Source: an uncultured Candidatus Saccharibacteria bacterium
Lineage (GTDB): Bacteria > Patescibacteriota > Doudnabacteria > UBA920 > VMFF01
Direction of reading: 5' to 3'
DNA length: 64,000 bases
Assembly (NCBI GenBank): GCA_964364285.1
Contig: CAYIKZ010000003.1
Span: 2,491-66,490 of the forward strand
Shown one piece after another: positions 10,676 to 21,177 of the stretch. Numbering within the stretch: the stretch's first letter is position 1; the number at the start of each line of letters is the position of its first letter. The notes under the pieces are model-generated. The model was not told where the DNA came from, made no database searches, and saw only the letters and a list, made by a program, of their open reading frames with translations. Both the position numbers and the translations under genes were made by a program.

Positions 10676-10957
10676 ATGCGACAGAATGATCTGAGGAGTC
10701 TGCTTTGTGCAGCCGCCGTTGCTGGCAGCGTTACCGAAGCACGAGAGCTTCGCAAGAAGTTCGTGAATGCCATCGGCGCACTCGATGGCTGGGTCCAGTG
10801 CGTCATGCTGGATCTGTATGACGAGATGCTGCGCCAGTGCCCGGAAAGACTTCCGGATCAGTTCGTGTTCTACATGTCGTGCTGCCACAGCGAAGCGGGC
10901 ACGACAGAGCACGGTCTCGGTGCGCTGGAGCAGGCGCTACTCGCACAGTGCACCTAG
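10676..10957 (+). CDS. GC-rich orphan protein (93 aa, Cys-rich)
   Basis: GAGGAG SD at 10667-10672 before ATG; about 60% GC in sampled lines; upstream promoter. Confidence 0.55.
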   Translation: MRQNDLRSLLCAAAVAGSVTEARELRKKFVNAIGALDGWVQCVMLDLYDEMLRQCPERLPDQFVFYMSCCHSEAGTTEHGLGALEQALLAQCT

Positions 10958-10975
10958 TTCCATTCGGGCAACAAA

Positions 10976-11009
10976 ACAGGGGCGATCTCTTTGCTGAGAC
11001 CGTCCCTGT
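10976..11009. terminator. Hairpin between convergent GC-rich ORF and hppA
   Basis: ACAGGGGCG-a-TCTC-loop-GAGA-c-CGTCCCTGT; T run follows on minus strand. Confidence 0.55.
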
Positions 11010-11024
11010 GTCACGTCTATTTAC

Positions 11025-13013
11025 CTAGTGTTTTATGAACTTAACCATCAACAACGCGACAATGTTAATAATTTTAATCATTGGGTTAATTGCAGGTCCT
11101 GCAGTATCCTTGTATGGATCACCAACAGTGTCTCCTGTAACTGCTGCTTGATGAGCAAAGGATTTCTTTCCACCATGATGACCTTCCTCAATGTATTTCT
11201 TTGCATTGTCCCATGCAGCACCACCGGTTGTCATGGATATACCAACAAACAAACCAGTGACTATGGAACCAACAATCAAGCCGCCAAGTGCTTTAGCACC
11301 AAGAGTTAAACCAACAACGATTGGAACAACTACTGGGATAAGGGCGGGAATAATCATTTCTTTAATTGCGGCTTTTGTGACAATATCTACAGCCTTTGTG
11401 TAGTCTGGTTTTGCTGTTCCTTCCATAATTCCTTTTATTTCCCTAAACTGTCTTCTAACTTCTTCTACAACAGCATGTGCTGCTTTTCCTACAGCTTGCA
11501 TTGCAATGGAAGCAAAGAGGTAAGGCAACAAACCTCCAATAAACAAACCAACCAAAACTTTTGGATCTGAAATATCAAAGCCAGTATTTATTCCTCTATT
11601 TGTTAATTCTTGTGAGAATGAAGCAAACAAAATGATTGCAGCAAGCCCAGCTGATGCAATTGCATAACCTTTTGTTACTGCTTTTGTTGTGTTTCCAACA
11701 GCATCTAAAGGATCAGTAATATCTCTTACCTCTTGAGGCATACCAGCCATTTCAGCAATACCACCAGCATTGTCAGTTATTGGTCCAAACGCATCAATAG
11801 CAACAACAATTCCTGTTAAAGACAACATGCTCATAACCGCCAACGCAACACCGTAAAGTCCTGCTTGATTGTGTGAAATTAAAATTGCAGCAACAATCGC
11901 TAATACAGGTAGTGCTGTTGATTGCATTGAAACAGCAAGACCAGTAATGATGTTTGTTCCGTGTCCAGTTGTTGAAGCTTGCGCAATGTCTTGTACAGGC
12001 TTAAAGCTTTTTGATGTGTAGTATTCTGTGATTAAAACAATAGCTGCGGTTACTACAAGACCCATTAAAGCAGAGGTATAAAGCTGCCAGAAAGTAAACT
12101 GAGTTTGTGCTGCCATCATGCTTTGGGTAATAGGGTAGAAGGCAACGGCTGAAAGAAGCCCTGAAACAATAAGGCCTTTGTAAAGCGCGCCCATGATACT
12201 TTTCTTAGAACCGAGTCTAACAAATAATGTTCCAATAATTGTTGTAATGATTGAAGCAGCCCCTAGGATTAAAGGATAGGTGATTGCTGCTTCAAAACCC
12301 TTAAAAGTTAAAGAACCAAGAAGCATTACTGCGATTGCTGAAACAACGTATGTTTCAAACAAGTCTGCTGCCATACCCGCGTCATCACCAACGTTGTCAC
12401 CAACGTTGTCTGCAATGACTGCTGGGTTTCTTGGATCATCTTCTGGAATACCGCTCTCAAGTTTACCAACTAAGTCAGCACCAACATCAGCACCTTTTGT
12501 AAAGATTCCACCACCTAGTCTTGCAAATACAGAAATTAAAGAAGCTCCGAAGCCAAGACCAATTAAAGCGCTTAAGTCTTTGTTAAAAGCGTAGAATCCT
12601 GCAACAGAAAGAAGTCCAAGACCTACTACAAACAAACCTGTCACTGTTCCGCCTTGAAAAGCAACAGAAAGAGCTTGTCCTAAACCTTTCCTTGCAGCCT
12701 CTGCTGTTCTGACGTTTGCTCTAACAGCAACATTCATTCCAATGTAACCTGCTAGTGCTGAAGCAACTGCTCCAATCAAAAAACCGATGATTGTGCCGGT
12801 GCTAAAATGAAAGACCCACATTAAAATTGCTAAAACTGCTGCTACTCCTGCAACAGTCTTGTACTGTCTGTTTAAGTATGCGTTTGCCCCCTGTTGTATA
12901 GCTTGCGCTATTTCCCTCATTTTCTCATTACCTTGCTCTTTTTTTAAAACATTGAAGATGAGTGCTGTACCGTAAATTAAAGAAAGCACAGCTGCTATGA
13001 TCGGAAAGGTCAT
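11025..13013 (-). CDS. hppA: Membrane-bound H+-translocating pyrophosphatase, K+-independent type
   Basis: [37 protein letters not shown]; GNTTKA carries the Lys signature of K+-independent enzymes. Confidence 0.95.
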   Translation of the reverse strand: MTFPIIAAVLSLIYGTALIFNVLKKEQGNEKMREIAQAIQQGANAYLNRQYKTVAGVAAVLAILMWVFHFSTGTIIGFLIGAVASALAGYIGMNVAVRANVRTAEAARKGLGQALSVAFQGGTVTGLFVVGLGLLSVAGFYAFNKDLSALIGLGFGASLISVFARLGGGIFTKGADVGADLVGKLESGIPEDDPRNPAVIADNVGDNVGDDAGMAADLFETYVVSAIAVMLLGSLTFKGFEAAITYPLILGAASIITTIIGTLFVRLGSKKSIMGALYKGLIVSGLLSAVAFYPITQSMMAAQTQFTFWQLYTSALMGLVVTAAIVLITEYYTSKSFKPVQDIAQASTTGHGTNIITGLAVSMQSTALPVLAIVAAILISHNQAGLYGVALAVMSMLSLTGIVVAIDAFGPITDNAGGIAEMAGMPQEVRDITDPLDAVGNTTKAVTKGYAIASAGLAAIILFASFSQELTNRGINTGFDISDPKVLVGLFIGGLLPYLFASIAMQAVGKAAHAVVEEVRRQFREIKGIMEGTAKPDYTKAVDIVTKAAIKEMIIPALIPVVVPIVVGLTLGAKALGGLIVGSIVTGLFVGISMTTGGAAWDNAKKYIEEGHHGGKKSFAHQAAVTGDTVGDPYKDTAGPAINPMIKIINIVALLMVKFIKH

Positions 13014-13116
13014 ATCTTTGTTCTTTTTTCTTAATTAAAAGGTTAATTTTACTTGCTTATTATGCCAAAAAAGCCCAGGTTTTGCAAGACCTTAAGGCTT
13101 TTACTGTCAACACTAT

Positions 13117-13281
13117 TTATTTATGTCTTGATCTTTGAAAAATGATTGTAAAACCCCATATTCCAATGACCAAGTGTATCAGGAGGATATATGCCGGTAG
13201 ATCAAAGTATTCCTTAAAGGCAAACCCTAAAACACCGACTAAAATACCTCCAGTAGCACAAACTACAGCGTATAGTTTCAT
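13117..13281 (-). CDS. Small two-TM membrane protein (54 aa), absent from ORF track
   Basis: Manual translation MKLYAVVCATGGILVGVLGFAFKEYFDLPAYILLIHLVIGIWGFTIIFQRSRHK; TAATG-coupled to upstream gene. Confidence 0.65.
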   Translation of the reverse strand: MKLYAVVCATGGILVGVLGFAFKEYFDLPAYILLIHLVIGIWGFTIIFQRSRHK

Positions 13282-13469
13282 TATTTTTTAATTAGGTTAT
13301 AGAAAGACTCAAGACGAGAATCTGTTCCACAATAGAAGATGCGTTCTGTCAGATTAACGCAATATTGCGGATTTTTATGGATATAGTTGTACTTTGGCAG
13401 GAACCAGTATAGAAATACTGCTGCTGCAAAGAACAAACCATATAGCACAAACTTTATAATTGATAGCAT
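13281..13469 (-). CDS. Small membrane-anchored protein (62 aa)
   Basis: MLSIIKFVLYGLFFAAAVFLYWFLP TM helix, Cys pair; TATACT 6 nt before ATG. Confidence 0.7.
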   Translation of the reverse strand: MLSIIKFVLYGLFFAAAVFLYWFLPKYNYIHKNPQYCVNLTERIFYCGTDSRLESFYNLIKK

Positions 13470-13540
13470 GATATAAGTATATCTGATCTTGTAAAAAGTG
13501 CCAATTTCTGGTATGGTAGAGAAGATTTTTAAAGGAATAT

Positions 13541-13615
13541 TGGGGTGTAGCCAAGTGGTAAGGCATGGGACTCTGAATCCCACATCCGTAGGTTCGATCC
13601 CTACCACCCCAGCCA
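13541..13615 (+). tRNA. tRNA-Gln(CTG)
   Basis: TGGGGTG/CACCCCA acceptor stem (U1-A72), anticodon arm TGGGA-ctCTGaa-TCCCA, GGTTCGATCC T-arm, encoded CCA. Confidence 0.96.
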
Positions 13616-13662
13616 AAAATGGACGAGAATAAAAATTTTTAGATAATTATAGAATTTTTTAT

Positions 13663-14481
13663 ATGAAATTACCAATAGACAATTTGGGTTATCCAGTAAA
13701 ATTGCAGATCGGAGAATTTTCTGGATCTGGTTTTATCATTAATCAAGTGAACCAACTTTATTTAGTAACAGCAAAGCATGTTATTTATCAGCAGGATCAG
13801 ATAACAAAGGTTTTTAATTTGCTAGATAAAAAAATGATAATGATTACTTACCCCATGATTTCATCAGAAAAAGTATCATCTAAGCCAAGAATTTTTGAGT
13901 TAAACCTAGAGTTGTTATCAGCTTCTGCAGACTTAAAAGCACACGAGCAGGCTGATATTGTGGTTATTAAATTGGGAGAGCTTCAGAAAAAAAACGAAAT
14001 TTTTTATATTGACTTTCCTGCATCGATAAAAACTATTCAGGAGTCTGAAGGTACAATCATAAATTATGACATGAAGGGATCAAGACGATTTGAACAGGTA
14101 CAAATAACAAACGATATATTTATTCTTGGTTACCCTGTATCTCTTAGTACACCTGAAATGAAACAGATAGATTACAATTCGCCATTAGTTAGGAAGGGAA
14201 TCATAGCTGGAAAAAATTATTTAAATAAGTCATTGATCCTTGATTGTCCTATATATGGTGGAAATAGTGGCGGCCTTGTTTTAGAGATGAATGAAACAGG
14301 AATAGGTAGTGGTAACATTCATCTTATTGGAGTAGTTGTGCAGTTTGTACCATTTCTAGATCAGTGGAGAAATGTTAAATTTCCTCAATTGTATAACACA
14401 AATTTACAAAATTCCGGTTATTCTGTAGCTTTGCCTGTTGATTACATTTTTGATCTTATTGGAGAAATTGAGTCAAATTAA
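13663..14481 (+). CDS. Trypsin-like serine protease
   Basis: GSGF, VTAKHV, ADIVV, GGNSGG catalytic triad motifs; no signal peptide. Confidence 0.88.
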   Translation: MKLPIDNLGYPVKLQIGEFSGSGFIINQVNQLYLVTAKHVIYQQDQITKVFNLLDKKMIMITYPMISSEKVSSKPRIFELNLELLSASADLKAHEQADIVVIKLGELQKKNEIFYIDFPASIKTIQESEGTIINYDMKGSRRFEQVQITNDIFILGYPVSLSTPEMKQIDYNSPLVRKGIIAGKNYLNKSLILDCPIYGGNSGGLVLEMNETGIGSGNIHLIGVVVQFVPFLDQWRNVKFPQLYNTNLQNSGYSVALPVDYIFDLIGEIESN

Positions 14482-14540
14482 AGTGTCATTTTGGTAAATT
14501 AACGATTTTAGTGAAAGGAACATTAAGTAAAACAAAACAT

Positions 14541-15476
14541 ATGTATATAAAAGAATTCAAAAAGCTTAATAAAAAGAGCGTTTCAGAAGCAGGAGGCAAA
14601 GGAGCTTCCCTGGGAGAAATGACCAACGCAAAAATGCCAGTTCCACCGGGGTTTGTTGTTCTTGCTTCTGCTTTCAATCGTTTCCTAGAAGAAACAGATT
14701 TAGATACTGAAATAGAGGCATTGTTTAAAAAGGTTAAACACAATGATATCAACTCTGTTGAAAAAGCTTCTGTTGAGATCAGAGAACTCATTGCAGAAGC
14801 AACAATGCCGAAAGATCTTCAACAAGATATCTTAAAATCCTTCAAAACGTTAAAAACAACATATGTTGCGGTAAGATCCTCTGCAACCGCGGAAGACTCT
14901 AAAACCGCTTCCTGGGCAGGGGAGTTAGAGACATATTTAAACGTTACTGAAAAAAACGTAATTGCAATGGTTAAAAAATGCTGGTCGTCTTTGTTTACTC
15001 CAAGGGCGATTTTTTATCGCTATGAAAAGAAATTAAACAAGAAGGTAGTTTCTGTTGCAGTTGTTGTTCAAACAATGGTTCAATCTGAAGTTTCTGGTAT
15101 TAGTTTTACAGTTCATCCTGTAACAAAAGATTACAACCAGATGGTCATTGAAGCAGGCTTTGGTTTAGGAGAAGCAATTGTTTCTGGATCTGTTACTCCT
15201 GATACATACGTTGTACACAAAAAAGACTTTTCAATACTGGATATAAACGTATCAGAACAATCAATGATGATTATAAAATCGGGAAACAAGAACTTGAACA
15301 AAAAACTTTCTAAAAAAGATGGTGGAAAACAGAAACTTTCAGGGAAACAAATCGTTGAGCTTGCAAAGATATGTAAGAACATTGAAAAACACTACAAACA
15401 CCCACAAGACATAGAGTGGGCATATACAAATAATAAGTTCTATATAACTCAATCAAGACCTATTACAACACTTTAA
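14541..15476 (+). CDS. Stand-alone dikinase ATP-grasp (PPDK_N / PEP-pyruvate-binding) subunit
   Basis: GGKGASLGEM, VPPGF, VAVRSSATAED, GLGEAIVSG, QDIEWA; ends right after QSRPIT. Confidence 0.92.
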   Translation: MYIKEFKKLNKKSVSEAGGKGASLGEMTNAKMPVPPGFVVLASAFNRFLEETDLDTEIEALFKKVKHNDINSVEKASVEIRELIAEATMPKDLQQDILKSFKTLKTTYVAVRSSATAEDSKTASWAGELETYLNVTEKNVIAMVKKCWSSLFTPRAIFYRYEKKLNKKVVSVAVVVQTMVQSEVSGISFTVHPVTKDYNQMVIEAGFGLGEAIVSGSVTPDTYVVHKKDFSILDINVSEQSMMIIKSGNKNLNKKLSKKDGGKQKLSGKQIVELAKICKNIEKHYKHPQDIEWAYTNNKFYITQSRPITTL

Positions 15477-15480
15477 CAAC

Positions 15481-16788
15481 ATGCCAAAAGAGAAAAGCGC
15501 CAAACAGATTGAATTGGAGGTTTTAAAATACAAAGACTGGGAATGGTGGGCAGAGCGTCCTTTTGGTGCTTTTGTTATGTCACTCTTCAGAGAGGGGCAA
15601 AAAAGAGAATACATACGCAAACTTGGTGTTGACGCAGAGTGGCCAGTCTTACTCTTTCAAAAAGGGACTTTTTACAAAAGTGAAACAGTTTGGAATATCT
15701 TTGCAAAACAGTTAGAAAAATATTTAGCAAAAGGTGGAACGGTTTTTAGCATAACAAAATCATGTGAAAGATTCTTGATTGATAGCAAAAAGTTTGTAAG
15801 AGAGCTTAACAAATCAAAACTACCACCACAAAAGAAACTCCAAAAACTGCACGAACCATTAACATTAATCATGAGTTATGTTTGGTTAACTCATGGTTTT
15901 GAACATATTTACAAAAAGCGCCTTTACAAAGAAGTTCCGAAATATGTAAAAGGGGACATAGACAAATATATTGGTGATATTAGTTTTCCTATTAAAAAGA
16001 ATGCGCACCATCATTTAGAAAAAACTTTAAGAAGCAAACAGCCTTTGGAACAAATTCGAGAACGATGGGGCTGGATTAAAGCTCGAGATGGTTTTTCTGA
16101 TATATTCACAATCAAAGAATTAGCTTTAGAGCGTAAGAAACTAAAGGGAACAAAACACTCGACCTTTAAAAAAATAAGGGTTCCTAAAGCTTTACAATCA
16201 CTAGCAAAGGTATCCCAAGAGCTAGTGTATTTAAGAACGTTAAGAACTGACGTGCTTTATGAATTAATGTATTTAGCTCGTCCGACACTTAATGAGGTTG
16301 CAAAGCTATACAAAATTCCTTTCAAAAGCTTAAGAGACTACGCTGTTTGGGATTTGGTTCAAGGAAAACTTAAAAAATACCTATATACTCCTGATTTGTC
16401 AGCAATCAGTGTTGGTAAGGACTTTGTATTATTAGATCATCCGATATTGAAAGACAGATACGGGAAAATGGATTCCATAAAAGGGTTAATAGCAAACAAA
16501 GGATTTGCTGTCGGTAGAGCAAAGATAGTTAAGATTGCTCACGAGATAGGAAAGGTTAAAAAAGGGGATATACTATTTGCACCAACAACCTTCCCTTCCT
16601 TTATCATGGGAATGAAAAGAGCGGCAGCTTTTGTTACTGACGAAGGGGGTATTACATCACACGCAGCAATAGTTGCTAGAGAGTTAAACAAGCCATGTAT
16701 TATAGGGACGAAAATAGGAACAAAAGTTTTTAAAGACGGTGACTTAGTAGAAGTTGATGCTAACAAAGGTATAATTAAAAAGCTATGA
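15481..16788 (+). CDS. PEP-utilising mobile (phospho-His) domain protein, copy 1
   Basis: C-terminal TDEGGITSHAAIVARELNKPCIIGT; about 330-aa unrecognised N-terminal region. Confidence 0.88.
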   Translation: MPKEKSAKQIELEVLKYKDWEWWAERPFGAFVMSLFREGQKREYIRKLGVDAEWPVLLFQKGTFYKSETVWNIFAKQLEKYLAKGGTVFSITKSCERFLIDSKKFVRELNKSKLPPQKKLQKLHEPLTLIMSYVWLTHGFEHIYKKRLYKEVPKYVKGDIDKYIGDISFPIKKNAHHHLEKTLRSKQPLEQIRERWGWIKARDGFSDIFTIKELALERKKLKGTKHSTFKKIRVPKALQSLAKVSQELVYLRTLRTDVLYELMYLARPTLNEVAKLYKIPFKSLRDYAVWDLVQGKLKKYLYTPDLSAISVGKDFVLLDHPILKDRYGKMDSIKGLIANKGFAVGRAKIVKIAHEIGKVKKGDILFAPTTFPSFIMGMKRAAAFVTDEGGITSHAAIVARELNKPCIIGTKIGTKVFKDGDLVEVDANKGIIKKL

Positions 16789-18266
16789 AGTTAAAATATA
16801 TAACTGACAAAGACCCATGGATGTTAGCTGAAGACATTCCAGATATTCATTTTCAATTTACTCAAATCTGGTCATCATCTTTTGTTAACGATTTATCGAG
16901 AACAGCAAAAAAACAATACAAAAAAATTCTTGTCGTATATCATGGTTTAAATCTAGTGTTTTATTATGGCGAAAAGGACTCTGATGATTTTGCTCAACAT
17001 CTTTTAAAGTTATTAAAAAACAATTCAAGTTTTGGTGACAAGATTAATTACAACATCAGAAAACACTCAGATGGGTTAAAGAAATTTAGTTCGCAGATCA
17101 ATCCTGAATTTCTGATGGGATTATCGAATAAAGAATTGGTCAATTTTTACACAAAACTAGATAGTATTCATACCGAGCTATATACATGGGGTTGGTTACC
17201 AAATGCAGTAGATATGTTCCACGGTAATCTAACAAATTATCTCAAATCGTTATTACGTTTGAAACTAGACGAAGATAAAGTTAATACAGCTTTAGTTACT
17301 TTAAGCACCCACCCAGAAAAAAGTATTCTTCAAAAAGAACATGAATCATTCCTTAATTTGGTAAGTTTAAAACAAAGAAAATCTAAAGAATTTGAAAATG
17401 CTTTGCAAAAGCATTTAAGCAGGTTTTTCTATCTCAAACATTTATGGATAGGAAAAGAAGGTGTATACGATAAAGCATATTATTTGACTGAGATAAAAAA
17501 GTTTTTGGCTTCAGGAGAAAATGCTAAAGTATTGCTTGACAAAGAAAATAAGATTTTTAAAAAGACTTTACAGGAACAGAAAACTCTTATTAAGAAGTTA
17601 AAACTAAATAAAAAGCAAAAACAGCTTTTTAATTCTTATGCGGAGTTCTCTGTTACAAAACTATATAGACGCGATGCGCAAATCTTTTGGTCTTACAAAA
17701 TGGATTATGTTTTTTTAGAATTATCGAAAAGATTTAAAATTAGTTTTTTGCAAGCAAGATGCATGCTACCGAATGAGGTGTATGATGGTTTAATTAAGAA
17801 TAAGCTTTCGGGATCGTTAAGAAATCAATTAAAACAACGCACAAAGTATTTTGTTTATTACGCTGAAAAGGGCTCAGACTTAATATTTTATGGCAAAAGA
17901 GCAAAAGTATTAGAAAATAAAATATCTAAGCTATCTCGACTTGATATTAACGAATTAAGCGGGCAAACTGCTTGTTTGGGTAAAGTTCAAGGAAAGGTAA
18001 AGATCGTTAATTCCATTTCTGACATGAAGAAAATGGAGAAAGGCGATATTCTTATTAGCATTGCTACTAATCCTGATGTAGTACCTGCAATGAGAACAGC
18101 TGGGGCGATAGTAACTGAACAAGGCGGTATTACATCACACGCAGCTATAGTTTCTAGAGAGTTGAATATTCCTTGCATAATTGGAACAAAGATAGCAACC
18201 CAAGTTTTTAAAGATGGTGATATGGTTGAAGTAGACGCGAACAAAGGAATTGTGAGGAAATTATGA
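16785..18266 (+). CDS. PEP-utilising mobile (phospho-His) domain protein, copy 2
   Basis: TEQGGITSHAAIVSRELNIPCIIGT; ATGA overlap with copy 1. Confidence 0.88.
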   Translation: MKLKYITDKDPWMLAEDIPDIHFQFTQIWSSSFVNDLSRTAKKQYKKILVVYHGLNLVFYYGEKDSDDFAQHLLKLLKNNSSFGDKINYNIRKHSDGLKKFSSQINPEFLMGLSNKELVNFYTKLDSIHTELYTWGWLPNAVDMFHGNLTNYLKSLLRLKLDEDKVNTALVTLSTHPEKSILQKEHESFLNLVSLKQRKSKEFENALQKHLSRFFYLKHLWIGKEGVYDKAYYLTEIKKFLASGENAKVLLDKENKIFKKTLQEQKTLIKKLKLNKKQKQLFNSYAEFSVTKLYRRDAQIFWSYKMDYVFLELSKRFKISFLQARCMLPNEVYDGLIKNKLSGSLRNQLKQRTKYFVYYAEKGSDLIFYGKRAKVLENKISKLSRLDINELSGQTACLGKVQGKVKIVNSISDMKKMEKGDILISIATNPDVVPAMRTAGAIVTEQGGITSHAAIVSRELNIPCIIGTKIATQVFKDGDMVEVDANKGIVRKL

Positions 18267-19231
18267 AAAAAATTGATCCAAAAGAATGGCAATTCTATTT
18301 AACCAGACCTTTTGATCTATTTGGTGCTTCACTTTGGCATGGTTGGTATGAATCAAAGTATATACAACACGCTTTGGGTTTTAAAATGGACGAAATAATC
18401 TGTGTTGAAATTAGTCCTCATTTGGTTAGTCAATACAGGGCTAAGGAACAGATGCGCTTACTAACCAAGCATATCCAAAAGCTCATATTTTTAACTCCTA
18501 AAAAATTTGAAAGGTTGCTAAAACATGGTCTTGCTTTAAGCAAGAAAGCAGATAGATATTTAGAAAAGCCACATAAATTTAAAAATTTGGATGACGCTTT
18601 AGAATTTTTCAATGAGTTAATTTTCTATACCACTGTCTTTTCTAACTTTCCAACATTTCTAGATCAAAACAAAAAATTACCAAACAAAGCCATTGGTATG
18701 ATTAGTCAACTTCGCAGTGCTTCTTACTATTCTCCTTTTTTGAAGAAAATAATTATGCCGCTTGCCAAGGCTCATCCCTTAGTCATACTTCAAAAGAAAA
18801 ATCACTCAAAGCGATTTATTTACACAAAGAGGCGCGGTAAAGAAGAAATTCAATGGGTTAAGAATACTAAAAACTTCGTCAAACAATTTGAAACCCATGT
18901 AATTAAATCAAAAGAGATAAAAGGGTTTGCCGCTTATCCAGGAAAAGTTAGAGGCAGGGTTCACTTGGTTCGCGATTTCACAAAACCTGGAAAAATGAAG
19001 GATGGTAGTATTCTAGTTTCAATAAACACTAACCCAAACTTGATGCCTTTAATTCGTAAGGCTTCAGCAATTGTTTCGGATGAAGGTGGTATAACAAGTC
19101 ATGCGGCTATAGTATCAAGAGAATTTAAAATTCCATGCGTCATAGGTACAAAGGTTGCCACCAAGGTACTTAAAAATAATGATTTAGTCGAAGTGGACGC
19201 AAACAAAGGAATTGTGCGAAAATTAAAATAA
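18263..19231 (+). CDS. PEP-utilising mobile (phospho-His) domain protein, copy 3
   Basis: SDEGGITSHAAIVSREFKIPCVIGT; ATGA overlap with copy 2. Confidence 0.88.
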   Translation: MKKIDPKEWQFYLTRPFDLFGASLWHGWYESKYIQHALGFKMDEIICVEISPHLVSQYRAKEQMRLLTKHIQKLIFLTPKKFERLLKHGLALSKKADRYLEKPHKFKNLDDALEFFNELIFYTTVFSNFPTFLDQNKKLPNKAIGMISQLRSASYYSPFLKKIIMPLAKAHPLVILQKKNHSKRFIYTKRRGKEEIQWVKNTKNFVKQFETHVIKSKEIKGFAAYPGKVRGRVHLVRDFTKPGKMKDGSILVSINTNPNLMPLIRKASAIVSDEGGITSHAAIVSREFKIPCVIGTKVATKVLKNNDLVEVDANKGIVRKLK

Positions 19232-19244
19232 TTAAGCAAAACAC

Positions 19245-20126
19245 ATGGAAACAAGAGAAACAGGGGCGGAAAGAAAAGAAACCCAGTCAGTTCCAAGAAT
19301 AAGGTTGGAGTTTTTTAGACATGATGAAAAGGCTAAAGCTTTAGCTGGTCAATCAGATAACGAAGTTCGTTTAAGTGAAAAAGGAAGAATAAACGCGGTA
19401 GAAATTGGCAAAACCAAAGATCCACACCCAGAAGTCGCTATTGCCCTCGGTTCTCCAAGAGAGCGTTCTACAGAGACTGCAATGCGCGAAATGTTGTCAA
19501 AAGAACCAGGCATTACACAAGAAGACACTCTTGAAGACATTCAAGAATTTGTTGCTGGTTCTTTAAAAGTTGGCAGAAAGAACATGGTAGACAAAAGATT
19601 AGATTTTGATTGGCACGGTGAATTTGGCGAAATTGCAGAAGATCGTTATTTAAACAAAAAGGATTATTTACAATTTGCTGTTGAAGAAAGCGATGAGGTA
19701 GTAAAAAGACTTAAAGACCGAACTTCAACAAGCTATACCAGACAAGCAGCAGGGATTGCTGAGATCATAAAGAAATACGTTGGTGTTCTCCCTAACTTTC
19801 AACAAGTTGTAGAACAGGATCCTGATAAATACACTTTGTATGACAACGAAATGCAAAGATTTTTGGGGACACACGCAGATGTAAGCGAATGCTTCCTTCT
19901 TAAGGTCATTGAAATAACAGAAGGGCGAGAAGCCTTAATGCAATTCCTTCAATCAGGTATTAACAAAAACGGTTTTAACTTTAGTGAAGGGTTTAGCGTT
20001 GAAATACTATCAGATGGAATCCTTGTTAGATACAAAGAACGAGAATGGAGCATAAAGCCGGAGCTACTAGATCAAATTATTAAGCAAAGAGACGAATTGG
20101 ATAAAAGTATTGATGAAAGCGATTAA
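19245..20126 (+). CDS. Histidine phosphatase superfamily protein
   Basis: FFRHD (RHG-like), LSEKG, GSPRERSTETA, GTH second His. Confidence 0.7.
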   Translation: METRETGAERKETQSVPRIRLEFFRHDEKAKALAGQSDNEVRLSEKGRINAVEIGKTKDPHPEVAIALGSPRERSTETAMREMLSKEPGITQEDTLEDIQEFVAGSLKVGRKNMVDKRLDFDWHGEFGEIAEDRYLNKKDYLQFAVEESDEVVKRLKDRTSTSYTRQAAGIAEIIKKYVGVLPNFQQVVEQDPDKYTLYDNEMQRFLGTHADVSECFLLKVIEITEGREALMQFLQSGINKNGFNFSEGFSVEILSDGILVRYKEREWSIKPELLDQIIKQRDELDKSIDESD

Positions 20127-21177
20127 TATACAAAAGTTCAAGCACGATGATTGGACAAAAATCTGGGATGGCGGCTGGAGCATTTTAAGTTGCTCTGATT
20201 TTGGTTATCAGTACACCAAAGGAATTAGATTTGGCAAAAGACCATTTGCTCCTAAATCTATAATCTTTGTTAATTCAGGGCGAAGCTCTGGCTGGATGAG
20301 GCAATCAGACAGAGACATTCTTGGCTCCTTTTTATCAAAGCAAGCGCTTAGATATCCTAAAAACATAATTCAAGTTTGCAGCGAGCTTAAAAAACAATCC
20401 AAAGATATCCTCTCCTTTATCAGAAAACACGGAGATACCGTTGCTAGCTTAAAACTATACGAAGAGTTTTTACATCGAATCTTAATATATTACAAACCAC
20501 ACATTAATGTTAAATATGTTGTTGACTATCTAGATCCCAAGTTCTTAAAGAAATCTTTACCTGTATTAGAAGAAGCTAGATTAACCGCTGAGCCTGTTTT
20601 TAAAAGAACAGAAGAGTTTCTCACTTCATTCGTAAAGATTTTGTCTAAAGAAACAAAGTACAACTACAAGTTAATCTTGTCTCTAACAAGTGATGAAGTA
20701 AGAGAATACTTTCTTAAGAACAAACTGCCAGCAAAAAAAGAATTAGAGCAAAGATACAAAGAATGTGTTTTTCTTCATGAAAACGGGGAATATATACTAT
20801 TAAGAAACAAGGCGGTTAATTCTGTTAAAAAAATAGTACAACCTAAGATTAATAAATCGGAGGTAAGGGGGTTCGCTGCTTTCAAAGGAAAAGTAAGAGG
20901 AGTTGCTCGTATAGTATTGGATCCTAACAAATCAAAAGCATTTAAAAACGGTGATATTTTAATTACTGGATCAACTAGACCTGAGTTTTTGCCAATCATG
21001 GCAAAAGCAAAAGCTTTTGTAACAGATTCCGGCGGTATATTATCCCACGCAGCTATTACAGCTAGAGAAATGAAAAAACCTTGCGTTATAGGTACACAGA
21101 TAGGAACAAAAGTTTTTAAAGATGGCGATTTGATAGAAGTTGATGCTAATAACGGGATTGTTAGAAAGGTGAAATAA
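20113..21177 (+). CDS. PEP-utilising mobile (phospho-His) domain protein, copy 4
   Basis: TDSGGILSHAAITAREMKKPCVIGT; overlaps phosphatase stop. Confidence 0.88.
   Translation: MKAINIQKFKHDDWTKIWDGGWSILSCSDFGYQYTKGIRFGKRPFAPKSIIFVNSGRSSGWMRQSDRDILGSFLSKQALRYPKNIIQVCSELKKQSKDILSFIRKHGDTVASLKLYEEFLHRILIYYKPHINVKYVVDYLDPKFLKKSLPVLEEARLTAEPVFKRTEEFLTSFVKILSKETKYNYKLILSLTSDEVREYFLKNKLPAKKELEQRYKECVFLHENGEYILLRNKAVNSVKKIVQPKINKSEVRGFAAFKGKVRGVARIVLDPNKSKAFKNGDILITGSTRPEFLPIMAKAKAFVTDSGGILSHAAITAREMKKPCVIGTQIGTKVFKDGDLIEVDANNGIVRKVK

Noticed and set aside
13470-13616. N-terminal extension of ORF 13281..13616
   Set aside because: It is the antisense of tRNA-Gln; the real start is probably ATG 13469.
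14541-21177. Fragmented ppsA pseudogene, or a rifampicin-resistance call
   Set aside because: ORFs are intact and coupled, and no pyruvate-binding barrel exists. The RPH-like architecture does not establish the substrate.
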